64,000 bases of DNA from Octopus sinensis. Lineage: Eukaryota. Made by a program: the position numbers and the translations under genes. Shown here piece after piece: positions 27,804 through 42,549 of this stretch (positions within the stretch are counted from its first letter, which is position 1; each line of letters begins with the position of its first letter). The notes under the pieces were generated by a model. The model searched no databases and was not told the DNA's origin. It saw only the letters and a program-made list of their open reading frames with translations. The stretch covers positions 44,652,464 through 44,716,463 of the forward strand of contig NC_043011.1 of the NCBI RefSeq assembly GCF_006345805.1, written 5' to 3'.

Positions 27804-28104
27804 GAATTGGTTCCTTTTTAGGGTTTAAATTTTCCACACATTTCGTTAAGGTAAAAATCCGTTCGTTAATTCGATTAGTCCGATCATAGACCTTCCGGCA
27901 TTCGTCAGAGAGATTGGTAAAAATGCCATCAGCATGTTTGACCAAACTGGTCAGTTGAAGCAAAGCTCTGGACAAAATACTGTTGGCCATAGACTGGGAT
28001 ACGATAAGGCTTGAAACGGTAGGGTCAGTAACGTCATCCGCTGACCCACACCTAAAGCTCTTACCTAACCGGACTGGCTCTACCGTCCGTAGAGAAAGCG
28101 GCAT
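27804..28104 (-). CDS. First coding exon of an NHS-like (NHS/NHSL/GUKH) protein with an N-terminal WAVE/SCAR homology domain
   Basis: ATG at 28104-28102, preceded by an A-run, reads MPLSLRTVEPVRL...SILSRALLQLTSLVKHADGIFTNLSDECRKVYDRTNRINERIFTLTKCVENLNPKKEPI (100 codons + 1 nt). This matches the WHD pattern MP..R.VEP...L..AL.QL.SL..HA..IF..L..E...R......L.PK. It ends at a canonical donor C|GTAAGT (27803, phase 1), as recalled for NHS-family exon 1 (LDPKQEAV|P). The ORF-track start at 28155 is a TTG. Confidence 0.85.
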
Positions 28105-29445
28105 TTTTTTTGCTTTTAGTAAAGGGGTTCGGAGACCCCTACCTTTTTTTCGCAAGACAAATGGGGTTTCGTTTTTTTAAATTACCCCTTCAGCTATTTA
28201 AACCCTTCATATTTGTGTCTACCGAACTAGTATCTCCTAACGTCCCGAGATCGGGTACAGCTTTACACACTGTTTTCTGATCTCTCGCTTTTTCAGTACT
28301 GGCTGTTGTCGGTTAGCGGGAAGGGGGTTGCGGTGGTCATAGTGATAGTAAGGGTGATGGTGATAGTAGTAGTCACAGTGGTGGTGGTAGTAGAAGTGCT
28401 CGTTGTAGTAATAGTATTAGCTGTGCTGTTGCTGCTCTTATCTCATTCACATACTCACACACACACACACACGCTAACCCACAAACACATATAGATAGGT
28501 AGATGTGTGTATGTACATTTGTGTGTGTACATGTTTATTTGAATAAACGTGTATATGGGTTCGTATATGTATGTGTGTGCGTGTCTATATATATATATGT
28601 GTATATGGCTGTACTTTTGTAATGTGTATATGCGAGCGTGCGTGTGCGAGACTGTGTATGTGTGTGCGTAAGTGCATGTGTGACGTAAGTGCATGTGTGT
28701 GTGTGCCTCTGCTTTCCACCGTAGTTTCTTCCTTCCTTCTTCCTTTCACGTCTCTTGTTATTACACTAAGGTCGTTGGATATGGCCTGGTCGGAAGAAAA
28801 GGTGGGCTGCGCTTTACGCATCTTGCTTATACCTACTTACATTATACACACATCATATATATATATAAAGAAGGCTGTTAGAGCGAAAACTTTAGGTAAG
28901 CCCCCAGTAGGGGGTACGTCATCTAATTGTGTCCACTTTCCTTACTTACGATGGGGCAGGGCATCTGAGTTTTTCAAAGGATATCTAGCTTCTATTTCTA
29001 GCTTCTACTTCTACCTCTGCTTATCGAAGCTTCCGCGAAGGCTAGAGGTATGAGCATGAAGGTTAGATATAATTAATTATCGCACTTAACACACAAGAAA
29101 TAAACCAAAATGACAATTGATTCTTTTTGTATTATACCAAAGGGGTGATATATGATGAGGAGGGGTCGATGAAGCAAGGGGGTTCTTTATTTGCCATAAG
29201 GGTAACAATGATAGCACATTACAATATTTATAATTTTTTTTATATATTCATTCACGAGAGAATAAAGCATGGATTTTCAATGTTGTTAAACACCAGCAAC
29301 AGTAATAGATATAATAATATTATTATTATTTGTTCGTGGGATATTTCGACGCCATATTTTTCATATCAGTGTATGGTTGAATAAAACATTAAGATATATA
29401 CATAGAAATATATGCTTACGTATATATATGTATGTGTGTATGTAC

Positions 29446-30670
<1,225 letters not shown>

Positions 30671-31994
30671 TGCACATGCACACCACAGTTCAAGCCCACC
30701 CTCTCCATTTGGGAGGGGAACCCGTCAAGTATTATATGCCAACGCAGTAACACTTCTACTACATGCATCAAAGACCCTCATCTCTCTCTCTCTCTCTTTC
30801 TCTCTTTCGCGCGCGCGCGCACGTTTCCCTGTTTGTCATTCTCTTTTTTCTGTCAAGCGTTATCTCTACACATTTCTATTTCTCTTTTTCTACGGCTTTT
30901 TCTCTCTCTCTCTCTATATCTATATATATATATATATATATAATCACTCGAGTGTGATACCTATATTTGCACGCATACACATATATTCACTCATACATAT
31001 GTGTGTTTGTTTATGCATATTCCACTGTACTAAGAATATTGAGTACTTTCGCCTATTAGCATTTCACACCAATGTGATGCTACCAAATATCACACATGAT
31101 ACGCACACACATACACACACACATGGACACAGTTACACACGTATATAATCTCTTTCACTGCCACCACCATCACCCGTAGCTCAATCAACAGCCGTTCTTA
31201 AGCAAAGAAGTGGAGAGGATTAAGAGAAGCAGCTTGGCTATTTATCTCTAGCTTCTTACACACTCTTTCCTATGGCTTAAGCCACATGAAACGGCTTAGA
31301 ATTAGCTAGAACAAGCAATACAACCACCACCGCCACCGCCACCACTTTTACTACTAATAATAATATTCATATTAATAATAATGTTAATGATGCTAAGTGG
31401 AGGTGTGTGAGCTGGGGGTGAAATGAAAAATAAAGATACAGAGAGAGAAGAAGGGTGTAAGTATAGTTAGGAAGAGAAATATAGAGGAGTAATGGAGGGG
31501 TTTGTCTCTTCTCGCTTTCTCTCTCTCTCTCTCTCTCCAAGGATTTGTACATGTATGAGTGTGTTTACCTGTGATTGTGTGTGTGTACGTGTGTCCTTTT
31601 TGGGGGAAGTGTAAAAGAAGAAAGTGAAAAGCAGGCAGAAAAAACAACAACATTACATTGGAGTGAGAAGGAGAAGGAAATATGCCGAGAGATAGCGAAT
31701 TAAAGAGTGAAAGAAATAGAAATTGAAAGAGAGAGAGAGTGTGGTGGGGAGGGAGTGATATGGAGTTGAAGTTTACTCGGGGCGGTTTCTGAGAGTGGCT
31801 GGTTAAGTAAATAGAGGTGTTTGTTAGTATGTTAGTGGACTTGTTGCAATGTAAGGAAGGGAAACACACACACACACACCCATATATATATAGATATATA
31901 TATATATAACCAAGGTGATAACATGTGTACAATTTTTACTAATATGTATATACATAAATTTATATTTACACTTGAAAATGTGCGCACGTGCACG

Positions 31995-32052
<58 letters not shown>

Positions 32053-32349
32053 CAGAGGAATTATCAAAACATACCTCAGTAAACATTTCTATGCGTTACA
32101 TATAAAAGAAAGAACTCAATTCAAGTGGGAAAGCAGAGTATAATTATTGCTCGGCTTAGCATATTTTCTTTAAGGCAAACCAAGACGAATTAAAGTTATC
32201 ATAGATATAGGTCATTGTATGAAGAACTTGTTGAAGCTAATCCTCCTTAAATACAATGAACATACTTTTTTCTCTAATAAGATTCTGAAGTTAAAACGGT
32301 GAGAGTCAGAAAAGGCTAAGGTAAACTATTCATTATTTATTAAACGTAA

Positions 32350-32680
32350 GGCAACGAGCTGGCAGAATCGTTAGCACGAAATATCGTCCGTCTTTACGTT
32401 CTAAGTTCAAATTCCGGTGAGGTCGTTTTTGCTTTTCATCCTTTTGGGGTCGATAAAAGAAGTACCAGTTAAACACTGGGGTCGATGTAATAGGCTTACC
32501 TCTTCACCCGAAATTGCTGTTCTAATGGCTTTACGTTCTAGGTTCAAATTCCGGTGAGGTCGTTTTTGCTTTTCATCCTTTTGGGGTCGATAAAAGAAGT
32601 ACCAGTTGAACACTGGGGTCGATGTAATAGGCTTACCCCTTCACCCGAAATTGCTGTTCTAATGTCACATTTTGAACCCA
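32350..32680 (+). mobile_element. SINE family B with a ~133-bp tandem duplication
   Basis: ctttacgttcta.gttcaaattccggtgagg...aattgctgttctaat occurs twice. Confidence 0.8.
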
Positions 32681-33139
32681 TTATTCATAAGAAATAATGC
32701 TAAGAAAACCCCGTTAAACTTTTATTAATCCATATTAACCCACTGTCCTCGTTTGAAGACAGTTGTACTTGGTGACGCTTTTGTATATATTTGTTATCCC
32801 TATTTATATAGCTATCTTCAAAATTTCGACAGGGTTAACTAGGGTTAAAATGGATTAATTGAATAAAATATTCTGAGTTTAAGGAATTAGGGAGGACAAA
32901 CACAGGCACACAAACATACACATACATATATATATATATATATACACATATATACGACGGGCTACTTTCAGTTTCCGTCTACCAAATGCACTCACAAGGC
33001 TTTGGTCAGCCTGAGGCTGTAGTAGAAGACACTTGAACAAGGTGCCACGCAGTGGGACTGAACCCAGAACCATGTGGTTTGTAAGCAAGCTACTTACCAC
33101 CCAGCCACACCTGTGTCTGAGTTGTACACAGCAAAGTTA

Positions 33140-33570
33140 GGGTTCATTGCCAGTTTGGGAAATGAGTGAAAGAATATGATAACAAATACAAATGGATGAA
33201 ATGAGATTCTTCCAAAGGACCTCTGGGGTAAAATTAGTCAACAAGGTGCATAGCTTGTAGATCAGGGAGTCTCTGCAGGTTGGGCCACTACTTCTGTGTA
33301 TTGAGAGGTCACAACTCTGGTAATACAAACATGTGTTTAGGATGTCGAAGGGAAGAATTGCAAAATAGATTCTTCAAGCTGAGCCATCTGGCAGGATACC
33401 TAGGGGTAGTGCAAGCATGAGATGGTTGGATAATATCCATCGTTTCAGTTGGTTACACTTGGGAATCCAGCCAGAAAGTATAATGAAGGCTGCTTCTGGT
33501 AGGTTCCTATGGAGAAAGTTCTTAAGGACTCTACCTCCAAGACTCTCCCAGGAGGAGGAGGAGGAGGAGG
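33140..33570 (+). mobile_element. RTE-clade LINE 3' fragment, decayed
   Basis: EMRFFQRTSGVKL..IRESLQVGPLLLCIERSQLW*YKHVFRMS...EPSGRIPRG..MRWLDNI...LWRKFLRTLPP, followed by a (GAG)n tail. Confidence 0.75.
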
Positions 33571-34110
33571 GGGGATGGTTGGAATTTAAGATGGATAGAA
33601 TTTAAGTCTTTCACACATCTCTGGGAGATTTTGGGATATTCCAAAACAAGAGAAATTTCCTTGCTGGACAGGACACTGGGACACAACCTTGAAGCCTATG
33701 AAAATCCTTCAAACCCTTCAAACTTAACACAAACCCTTCAAATTGAGACATATCTTAAGCCACATTATTTTAATCTAGAGACATAAAAATGTAGATATGC
33801 AAATATGACTATCAAAATATACCCATTGCTTGACAAATTTGGTTTCTCTTTGTTGAAGATGATACATCTTCAGAAAACCTAGAAATGGAGAGGCAACCAT
33901 CATCTTCCATCACTAATTAGGTCCCTTTGGTGACAGAAACTATCTACTATCTCTAGGGCCATCTTAGGTATTATAAGCCCATGGTCAAATCAATGCACTG
34001 GTTCCTTGTAGTATTTATTTATTGATAGTAAACCAGAGAATACATGAACCAGAATTGGGCTCAAGACCTGTGAGGCCCCTAGACAACTGCTCAGGGTACC
34101 TATGCCTTAA

Positions 34111-34332
34111 CCCTTTTGTTACTGTATTTATTTTGAGATGCTCTGTGTTTCATTCAATTAATTTTAAATACAACAAATAATTTAATAAAAGAACTTAGTT
34201 ATCGTTCAGCTAGTGTTGGGAACATAAATTGTGACTAAGGTTTGGTGGAAGATTTTAATTCAATATTCATGAAAACAAGACATTTGTTCTACAGAGCCAG
34301 AGGCGGTTTTGGCCAGGTTGGTATCAAAAGGG
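34111..34332. mobile_element. piggyBac-like MITE
   Basis: TTAA|CCCTTTTGTTAC...GTATCAAAAGGG|TTAA. A decayed relative lies at about 20279-20457. Confidence 0.75.
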
Positions 34333-34449
34333 TTAAGACAGCACTGGGCATCCTCCGATCCTCTTGGACATTTGAGAAAATTTGCTTCTCATGCATTTTT
34401 AGCATTTATTGTTCCTGTGCTTTTGCCACATACGAAGTTTACTTGTTCT

Positions 34450-35120
34450 GTTGACCTTCTACCACTACACTTTGTGTGTTCATAGTTTGTACTGAGTACA
34501 CCAACTGGATTTTTGACTAACTCCTTTTCTACATATCAAGCAAGACCATTTTCTAAGTGGAAGCAGAGTCCTGCTTGTTTTTCGTACTCACTAAAACATT
34601 AATCTTTGCTAAGTTTACTATGAGACCTTTTAATTTCAAGTTTATTTTCAACCCCTGAAATTTCTTTTCTAATTCAACTACAGCTAAAAGAACAGTCATC
34701 AGTGTATAGCAGTTCCTAAAGGCATCCAGTTTTAAACTCCTCTGTTATAGCTTGGACAGCTATAATAAACAGAAGGGCACTGAGAACTGAGCCCTGCTGG
34801 GTCCCTTCCTGAACACAGAATCTGTCACAGTACTCATTGTTAATTCTTTACTTATTAACATCACCTCTGTACATGACTTGTGTGGCTCTCAAAAGCCATT
34901 CATCTCCAGCTAACTTCCTCAGTGACTAGCAAATCAGGAAGCATGAGACCTTGCTGAAGAAGACTTCTTCCAGGTCAGCAAATAATAAATATAGTGGTTT
35001 ACTTTACTCAAATATTTCTCGTGACATTGTCTCACAAGAAAGAGAACATCCATACTACTTTTCCCTGGCACAAAACCCAACTGCATATCATCAAGGCTAA
35101 TACTCTTCTTTGTTAATTGA
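34450..35120 (-). mobile_element. RTE-type reverse transcriptase remnant
   Basis: Minus strand MQLGFVPGKSSMDVLFLVRQ..EKYL...QGSVLSALLFII...ELLYTDD with several stops and frameshifts. Confidence 0.75.
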
Positions 35121-35409
35121 GCTACATTTTATCATCATCATCACCACCACCACCACCACCATCATCATCATCATCGTCATCATCATTATCACTTAATGTC
35201 CACTTTTCCATGCTTGCATGGGTCAATGGAATTTGTTGAGGCCGATGTTCCACAGATGGATGATTAATTTCCTGACACCAACCCTCACTTGTTTCCAAGC
35301 AAAGTAATATTTCCCACATGGTCTCACATGTTCTTTCAGGATACTGGAAATGAATGACATGGCCAATGCGACAGTGACTCATTTACAACTATCATATGAT
35401 AATCAAGAT

Positions 35410-35980
<571 letters not shown>

Positions 35981-36409
35981 ACAGGCTTCTTTTAGAATCC
36001 ATTTACCAAATCTACTTGTAAACTTTGGACAGCCCAGGGCTATAGGGAAAGAGATTCTTGCCCGAGATACCACAGAGCGGCACTAAACCAGGAACCAAGT
36101 GGTTGGGGGAAGCAATCATCATACCACACAGCCATGACTGCACAATTAAATTATGAAATTTCCTCAGCAACTAAATGAAAGTAATAAGCAAGGTGGAGCA
36201 CAATCAAGATATATCTTATAATCAGTTGTAAGAAATCCTTTTTCTTGTGCAAATAAATTATTTCTTTTGCTGGACACAATTACATTTTAGCTGTTGTCGA
36301 GATACCAGGTGATTAAAGCTTAAGGGATTATTGGCTTGTGGCCAAAATCAAAATCTAGTAAACAACAGTAAGAAGCTTTCTCCTCTCCTGTAGTCTCTGT
36401 AAATACTTT

Positions 36410-36890
36410 TGAGTTTGTGTACTTTGTGTTTGTCCTTTGAGCAAGTGTACTTGGCATGTGTACTTTAAACAAGTGTACTTGCTATGTGTACATAAGGCGA
36501 GTGTACTTAATGTGTGTACTTTGAGCAAGTATACTAAGTATGCATATTTTGTGTGTATACTTTGAGCAAGTGTGTTTAATAAGTGTACTTAGAGCAAGTA
36601 TAATTAATGTGTGTACTTTGAGTAAGAGTACTTGATGTGTGTACTTTGAGCAAGTGTACTTAGGACGAGTGTAATTAATGTGTGTACTTTGAGCAAGGGT
36701 ACTTGGCATGTGTACTTTGAGCAAGTGTACTTAGGGCAAGTGTAATTAATGTGTATACTTTGAGTAAGAGTACTTGGTGTGTGTACTTTGAGCAAGAGTA
36801 CTTGAGCAAGTGTACTTAAGAGTACTTAGGACAAATATAATTAATGTGTGTACTTTGAGTAAGAGTACTTGGTGTGTGTACATTGAGCAT
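36410..36890. repeat. Degenerate minisatellite built on tgtgtgtactttgagcaagtgtactt
   Basis: Many imperfect tandem copies are visible. Confidence 0.85.
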
Positions 36891-37348
36891 CCTTTCGGGG
36901 TCAATAAATTAAGTACCAGTTGCATACTGGAGTCAATCTAATCGACTGGCCCCCTCTCCAAAAACTTCAGGCCTTGTGCCTTGAGTAGAAAAGAATGTCC
37001 AACCAATCATGGCGGAACATTAACAGAAAAGCTGTGAGTTGAGTTTAAAACAGTAGCGTCTCTACATACATATATATACATATCATCATCATCATCGTTT
37101 AACGTCCATTTTCCATGCTAGCATGGGTTGGACGGTTCGACAGGGGTCTGGGAAGCCAGAAGGCTGCACCAGGCTCCAATCTGATCTGGCAGTGTTTCTA
37201 CTGCTGGATGCCCTTCATAATGCCAACCACTCCATGAAGGTAGTGGGTGCTTTTTACGTGCCAGGCGAGGCTGGCAACAGCTACGATCAGTTGGTGCTTA
37301 CAGAAGCCAGTCAAGGCATATATATATATATATACATATATATATACA

Positions 37349-37667
37349 GATCTAGGATTTTTCATCTAATGTGCTATGGTCTAAAGAACTTTGGTCTACA
37401 GTGGCTTTTGTATAAGTACACTATGGTCTAAAGACAGTTTTGTCTAAATGCCTTTTAGTATAAAGACATTTTTGTCTAAACTCATTCGGTCTAATAAATA
37501 CTTTGTCTACAGAATCTCAAAAAAAAATGTAAAAGATCTTAATAATTATACTCTAATAACCATTTTTATCTTTAGACAAAAATGCTTGGATGAAAGTGTC
37601 TTTGGAAGAAAATGCTTTTAGACCAAAGTGTCTTAGACGAAAGTGTTTTAGACCAAAGTGCCGTATC
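37349..37667. mobile_element. Foldback-like element with modular short repeats
   Basis: The left half repeats (t)ttggtcta/ttgtcta and the right half repeats tagaccaaag/tagacaaaa, in inverted orientation. Confidence 0.5.
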
Positions 37668-38104
37668 AAATATACACATATGTATGTATGTTCATTTCTT
37701 TTTTGTTTGTTATTTTATTATTGATCTTCTGAATAAATGAAGCTATATCCTTTAATTTGCTGCTTTTCTTTGCGTGGACTGAGAAGATACATTGCGAAAC
37801 TGTTATTTTAATGAGTAATATCTCTTTATCACCCGAAGAGAAACATCTGCTCTGTCTGATACTCCTGAACCAGTTAAGTATCCCACCCATGAGGGATCGA
37901 TGTTAAATGGTTGAAGCAACTGTAGTGATTAATAAAAATTCTCGTATCTTCCATCTTCCATCTCTTGTTAACCAAATACATACACACACACACACACACA
38001 TATATGTATGTATACATGTGTGTGTGTGACAGAGAAATTACTAAGATGACAGTATTGAACAAGTGATGGTGTTACCATGGTTACAGGAATTAAGTTAGGA
38101 AATA

Positions 38105-38353
38105 AGCTTATGGCTGAGTGGTAATAAGTTTGCTTCCCAACTACATGGTTGCAGGTTCAGTCCTATTATGTGACACCTTGGGCAAGTGTCTTCTACTACA
38201 GCCTCAGGCTGACCAAAGCCTTGTGAGTGGATTTGGCAGATGGAAACTAGAAGAAGCCCATTATGTATATGGGCAAGTGTCTTCTACTATAACCTCGGAC
38301 TAACCAAAGCTTTCTGAGTGGATTTGGTAGATGGAAACTGAAAGAAGCCCATT

Positions 38354-38442
<89 letters not shown>

Positions 38443-38660
38443 GTATATGTTTGTGTTTGTCCCCAACCACCACCATGATTGCTTGAAAACCGATGTTGGT
38501 GTGTTAATGTCCCCATAACTTAGCAGTTCAGCAAAAGAGACGAGAAGAATAAGTAATAGGCTTACAAAGAATAAGTCTGGGGGTCGATTTGTTTGACTAC
38601 AGACGGTGCTCCAGCATGGCCACAGTCATATGACTGAAACAGGTTAAAGAATAAAAGAAT
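38105..38660 (+). mobile_element. SINE family A with internal duplication
   Basis: The segment gggcaagtgtcttctact...agaagcccatt occurs twice. Confidence 0.8.
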
Positions 38661-38726
38661 ACATATATGCATATATATATATATATATGTATATGTTTTA
38701 TGTGAGTGTGTACAAATATGTGTGTG

Positions 38727-38759
<33 letters not shown>

Positions 38760-39189
38760 GTATATATATATTTTTATATCTATATAAGTACTTGAGAAGA
38801 TGTATGAAGCTGAGTAAAATCACTGCCATCCATACATACAGGCTTGTCCTTTACAGGTGCTGGTGCCACATAAATGCATTTGTGCCAGTGCTACATAAAT
38901 GCACCCATGCTGATGGCATGTAAAAGCCACCCAGCACACTCTGTAAAGTGGTTGATGTCAGGAAGGGCATCCAGCCATAGAAACCATGCCATAACAGCCA
39001 ATTGGAGTCTGTCCAGCTCCCCTGGCTGCCTACCTTCTGTCAAACCATCCAACTCATGCTAGCATGGAAAACAAGCATTGAATGATGATGATGATGAGGA
39101 TGATGATGATGATGATGAGGGGGAGGATATAAGTTGTAATAACAAAGTCAAACCAAACAGTGATATTTTGAAATATATATTTATATATA

Positions 39190-39605
39190 TTCTCTTTTAC
39201 TCTTTTACTTGTTTCAGTCATTTGACAGCGGCCATGCTGGAGCACTGCCTTTTTTAATCGAGCAACTCGACCCCGGGACTTATTCTTTTGTAAGCCCAGT
39301 ACTTATTCTATCGGACTCTTTTGCCGAACCGCTAAGTAACGGGGACATAAACACACCTGCATCGGTTGTCAAGCAATGCTAGGGGGACAAACACAGACAC
39401 ACAAACATACCCATGCATATATATATATATACACATATACGACGGGCTTCTTTCAGTTTCCGTCTACCAAATCCACTCACATGGCTTTGGTCAGCCTGAG
39501 GCTATAGTAGAAGACACTTGCCCAAGGTGCCACGCAGTGGGACTGAACCCGGAATCATGTGGTTGGTAAACAAGCTACTTACCACACAGCCACTCCTACG
39601 CCTAT
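39190..39605 (-). mobile_element. SINE family A
   Basis: Full-length reverse copy. Confidence 0.85.
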
Positions 39606-39764
39606 ACATATATATATATATACATATATATACATATTATATGTGTGTGTGGTGGGGTGTATGTGTGTGTGTGTGTGTGCATATGTATAGGTGCTGGCAT
39701 GGCTGTGTAGTTAAGAACCTCACTTTGCAACTGCTGAAATCCTTTTGGCAGCCTCTTGTATTCT

Positions 39765-40105
39765 TTGGCTCAGTGGTTAGAGCATCGGGCTCACAATCAC
39801 GAGGTTAGAAAGTTCAGTTCCCACATTGGGCCGTGAGTTGTGTTCTTGAGCAAGACACTTTATTTCACATTGCTCCAGTTCACTCATCTGTGGGAGTGAG
39901 CTGTGCCATCACTGATGCCAAGCTGTATCAGCCTTTGCCTTTTCCTTGGATAACATCAGTGGCATGGAGAGAGGAAATTGGTGTGCATGGGCGCCTGCTG
40001 GTCTGCCATAAACAATCTTGCCTGGACTTATACCTCAGAGGGGAACTTTCTAGGTGCAATCCCATGGTCAGTGTCGTGACCAAAGGGGGTCTTTACTCTT
40101 TACCC
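39765..40105 (+). mobile_element. SINE related to family C (shared head and core, different tail)
   Basis: ggctcagtggttagagc...cttgagcaagacactt...ctttactctttaccctt. An internally deleted reverse copy lies at about 17262-17485. Confidence 0.7.
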
Positions 40106-40835
40106 TTTTGCTCCTTTGGTCATTACTCAACATTCCCTTGCTTATTCTCTCAAATTTAGCAAATTCTTCTTTTTTTTGAATTTCTTGATCTGGAGAGCTT
40201 TTGTCTGCCAAAGCTCTAAAGCCAAAGCTTTTCTTGAAATTATTCCTATAAAATTCAATTCTCAAAGCTCATGGTATCATTGTATTTTATGCAGCTCATA
40301 AATGGTATGAAATCCTGTAAAATTCTTCTGATGTTATCGAAGTTGATTGAAGAACGAATACACAGCAAAGTCATATCTTGGTGAATTCCCTGTTCATAAT
40401 AGATAGCGCCGCCAGATCAATATGATGAAAACAACAAGAGAACATTCTGTTGTACCTTTTCTTTCTATCACTTATTGATCTCAATATTATTCCATTTCTT
40501 CTCCCCTCCCCCCATTGGTAGCGCCATTGCTGTTTTCTTCTTCCTTGAATTTAGAATTGACTTCATTTTCCTTTGTTTCTTTATTTTTCTGGTTACAATT
40601 CTATAACTCATTTTCTAACACACCTTGCTTGTGTGTGTGTGTGTGTGTGTGTGTGTTTGTGTGTGTGAATGTGTGTGTTTGTGTGTGTGTGTTTGTGCGT
40701 GTGTGTGTATGTGTGTATGTGTTTGTGTGTGTGTGTGAGGATGTGTGTGGTGAGTGTGTGTGTGTGTGAATGTGTGTATTTGTGCGTGAGAGAGAGAGAG
40801 ATACAAGCTAACAGACAGACAGAGACAAGCAGACA

Positions 40836-40871
<36 letters not shown>

Positions 40872-41649
40872 TCTGCTTGTGTAAGAGGCTTCTGTGTATG
40901 TGTGTGCGTACTTGTGTCTGTGTGAGAGTATTTGAGTGTGGATGTATGTGCATATGAGTATGTGTGTGTTGTGTGTTGTGTGTGTGTGTGTGCTAATGTG
41001 AAAGTGTGCTTGAGCGAGTGTGTATTCCTGTGTGAGAGCATTGTTTATGTAAGTGTGTACTTGAGAGAAAGCACTTTGTGTGAGTCTGCGGTTGGGTAAG
41101 AGTGTGTCTATAAGAGTAGACGGTTGATTTATCTCTGTGCGAAAGAATAAGCGAGAAATCTAAATTGATCACCAGTCACCCCCGAAAAATGGTAGTTAGA
41201 ACCACTTTGAAGAAGAAAATAAATTAAATTACCTAATTTCTACATTATGAGTGTTGCTTGTTCTATAGAAGCAAGTCTTGGGAATCATTTACCATTTACC
41301 AATAGAAGAAGCTTATTTACCATCATAATCACATCAACCATATCAGGATATCAGAACTATATTTAGATCTTTAACAAAACACATTGGTCTCTAGTATATT
41401 TCTTCTTGAATAGAATTTTGGTCTATTTGTTAAAAAATGTGTAATGTTGTGTGTATCTATGTATATGCATGTGTAAGTATATATGTCTGAGTATGTGTTT
41501 TTCTGTGTATGTGTATATATGTGTATATACAAATGCATATTTGTATATATAAATATGTGTGTGTTTATGTGTGTGTATATGTAGCGTGTGTGTACATGTA
41601 TATCTGTCTGTCTGGCTATCTGTTTGTCTATCAATCTATCTATTTTTTA

Positions 41650-42022
41650 TCTTTTATCTGTTTCAGCCATTGGACTGTGGCCAAGCTGGGGCACTGCTTT
41701 GAAGAACTTTAGTTGGATGAATTGGTCCCAGTAAATTCTTTTTTTTCTTAAGACTGGTACTTATTCTATCGGTCACTTTTATTGAACTGCTAAGTTAAGG
41801 GGATGTAAACAAACCAACACTGTGTATCAAGTGTTGGTGGGGCACAAACACAGACACAAAGATACACACACACACATATGCAATGAGCTTCTTTCAGCTT
41901 CTGTCTACCAAATCAACTCATAAGGCTTTGGTTGACCTGAGGCTATAGTTGAAGACATTTTCCTAAGGTACCATACAGTGGGACTGAACCCAGAACCATG
42001 TGGTTGGGAAGCAAGCTTCTTG
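41650..42022 (-). mobile_element. SINE family A
   Basis: Diverged reverse copy. Confidence 0.75.
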
Positions 42023-42128
42023 TCTTGATCCATAGAAAAGTGAATGAACATGACAATGGTTTACATATACATATGTAGTCTGGTCCAGCCCATGCCAGCA
42101 TGGAAACGTATTCATTAATGATTACGAT

Positions 42129-42205
<77 letters not shown>

Positions 42206-42208
42206 TAA

Positions 42209-42528
42209 GACTCCGCCGGTTACGACGACGAGGGTCCCAGCTGATACGATCAACGGAACAGCTTGCTCATGAAATTAACGTGCAACTGGCTGAGCATTCC
42301 ACAGACACGTGTACCCTTAACGTAGTTCTCGGGGATAATCAGCGTGACACAGAGAGTGACAAGGCTGACCCTTTGAAATACAAGTACAACTCATTTTTGC
42401 CAGCTGAGTGGACTGGAGCAACGTGAAATAAAGTGTCTTGCTCAAGGACACAACGCGTCGCCGGGAATCGAACTCACAACCTTACGATCATGAGCCGAAT
42501 GCCCTAACCACTAAGCCACGCGCCCTCA
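42209..42528 (-). mobile_element. tRNA-derived SINE family C
   Basis: Head tgagggcgcgtggcttagtggttagggc, B-box gagttcgattccc, central ccttgagcaagacactt. Confidence 0.85.
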
Positions 42529-42549
42529 CAGTATATATATATATATACA

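Noticed and set aside
28123-28140. 6-bp hairpin AGGGGT/ACCCCT 18 nt upstream of the ATG
   Set aside because: Too short to distinguish from chance without conservation data.
28105-28155. 17-aa N-terminal extension given by the ORF track
   Set aside because: It starts at TTG, and family homology begins at the ATG at 28104.
32735-32848. TTAACCC...GGGTTAA mini-element
   Set aside because: TIR match is too short and ambiguous.
42470-42528. tRNA-like heads of SINEs (also 39765, 45773, 50757)
   Set aside because: They continue into SINE bodies and lack a complete cloverleaf, so they are not tRNA genes.
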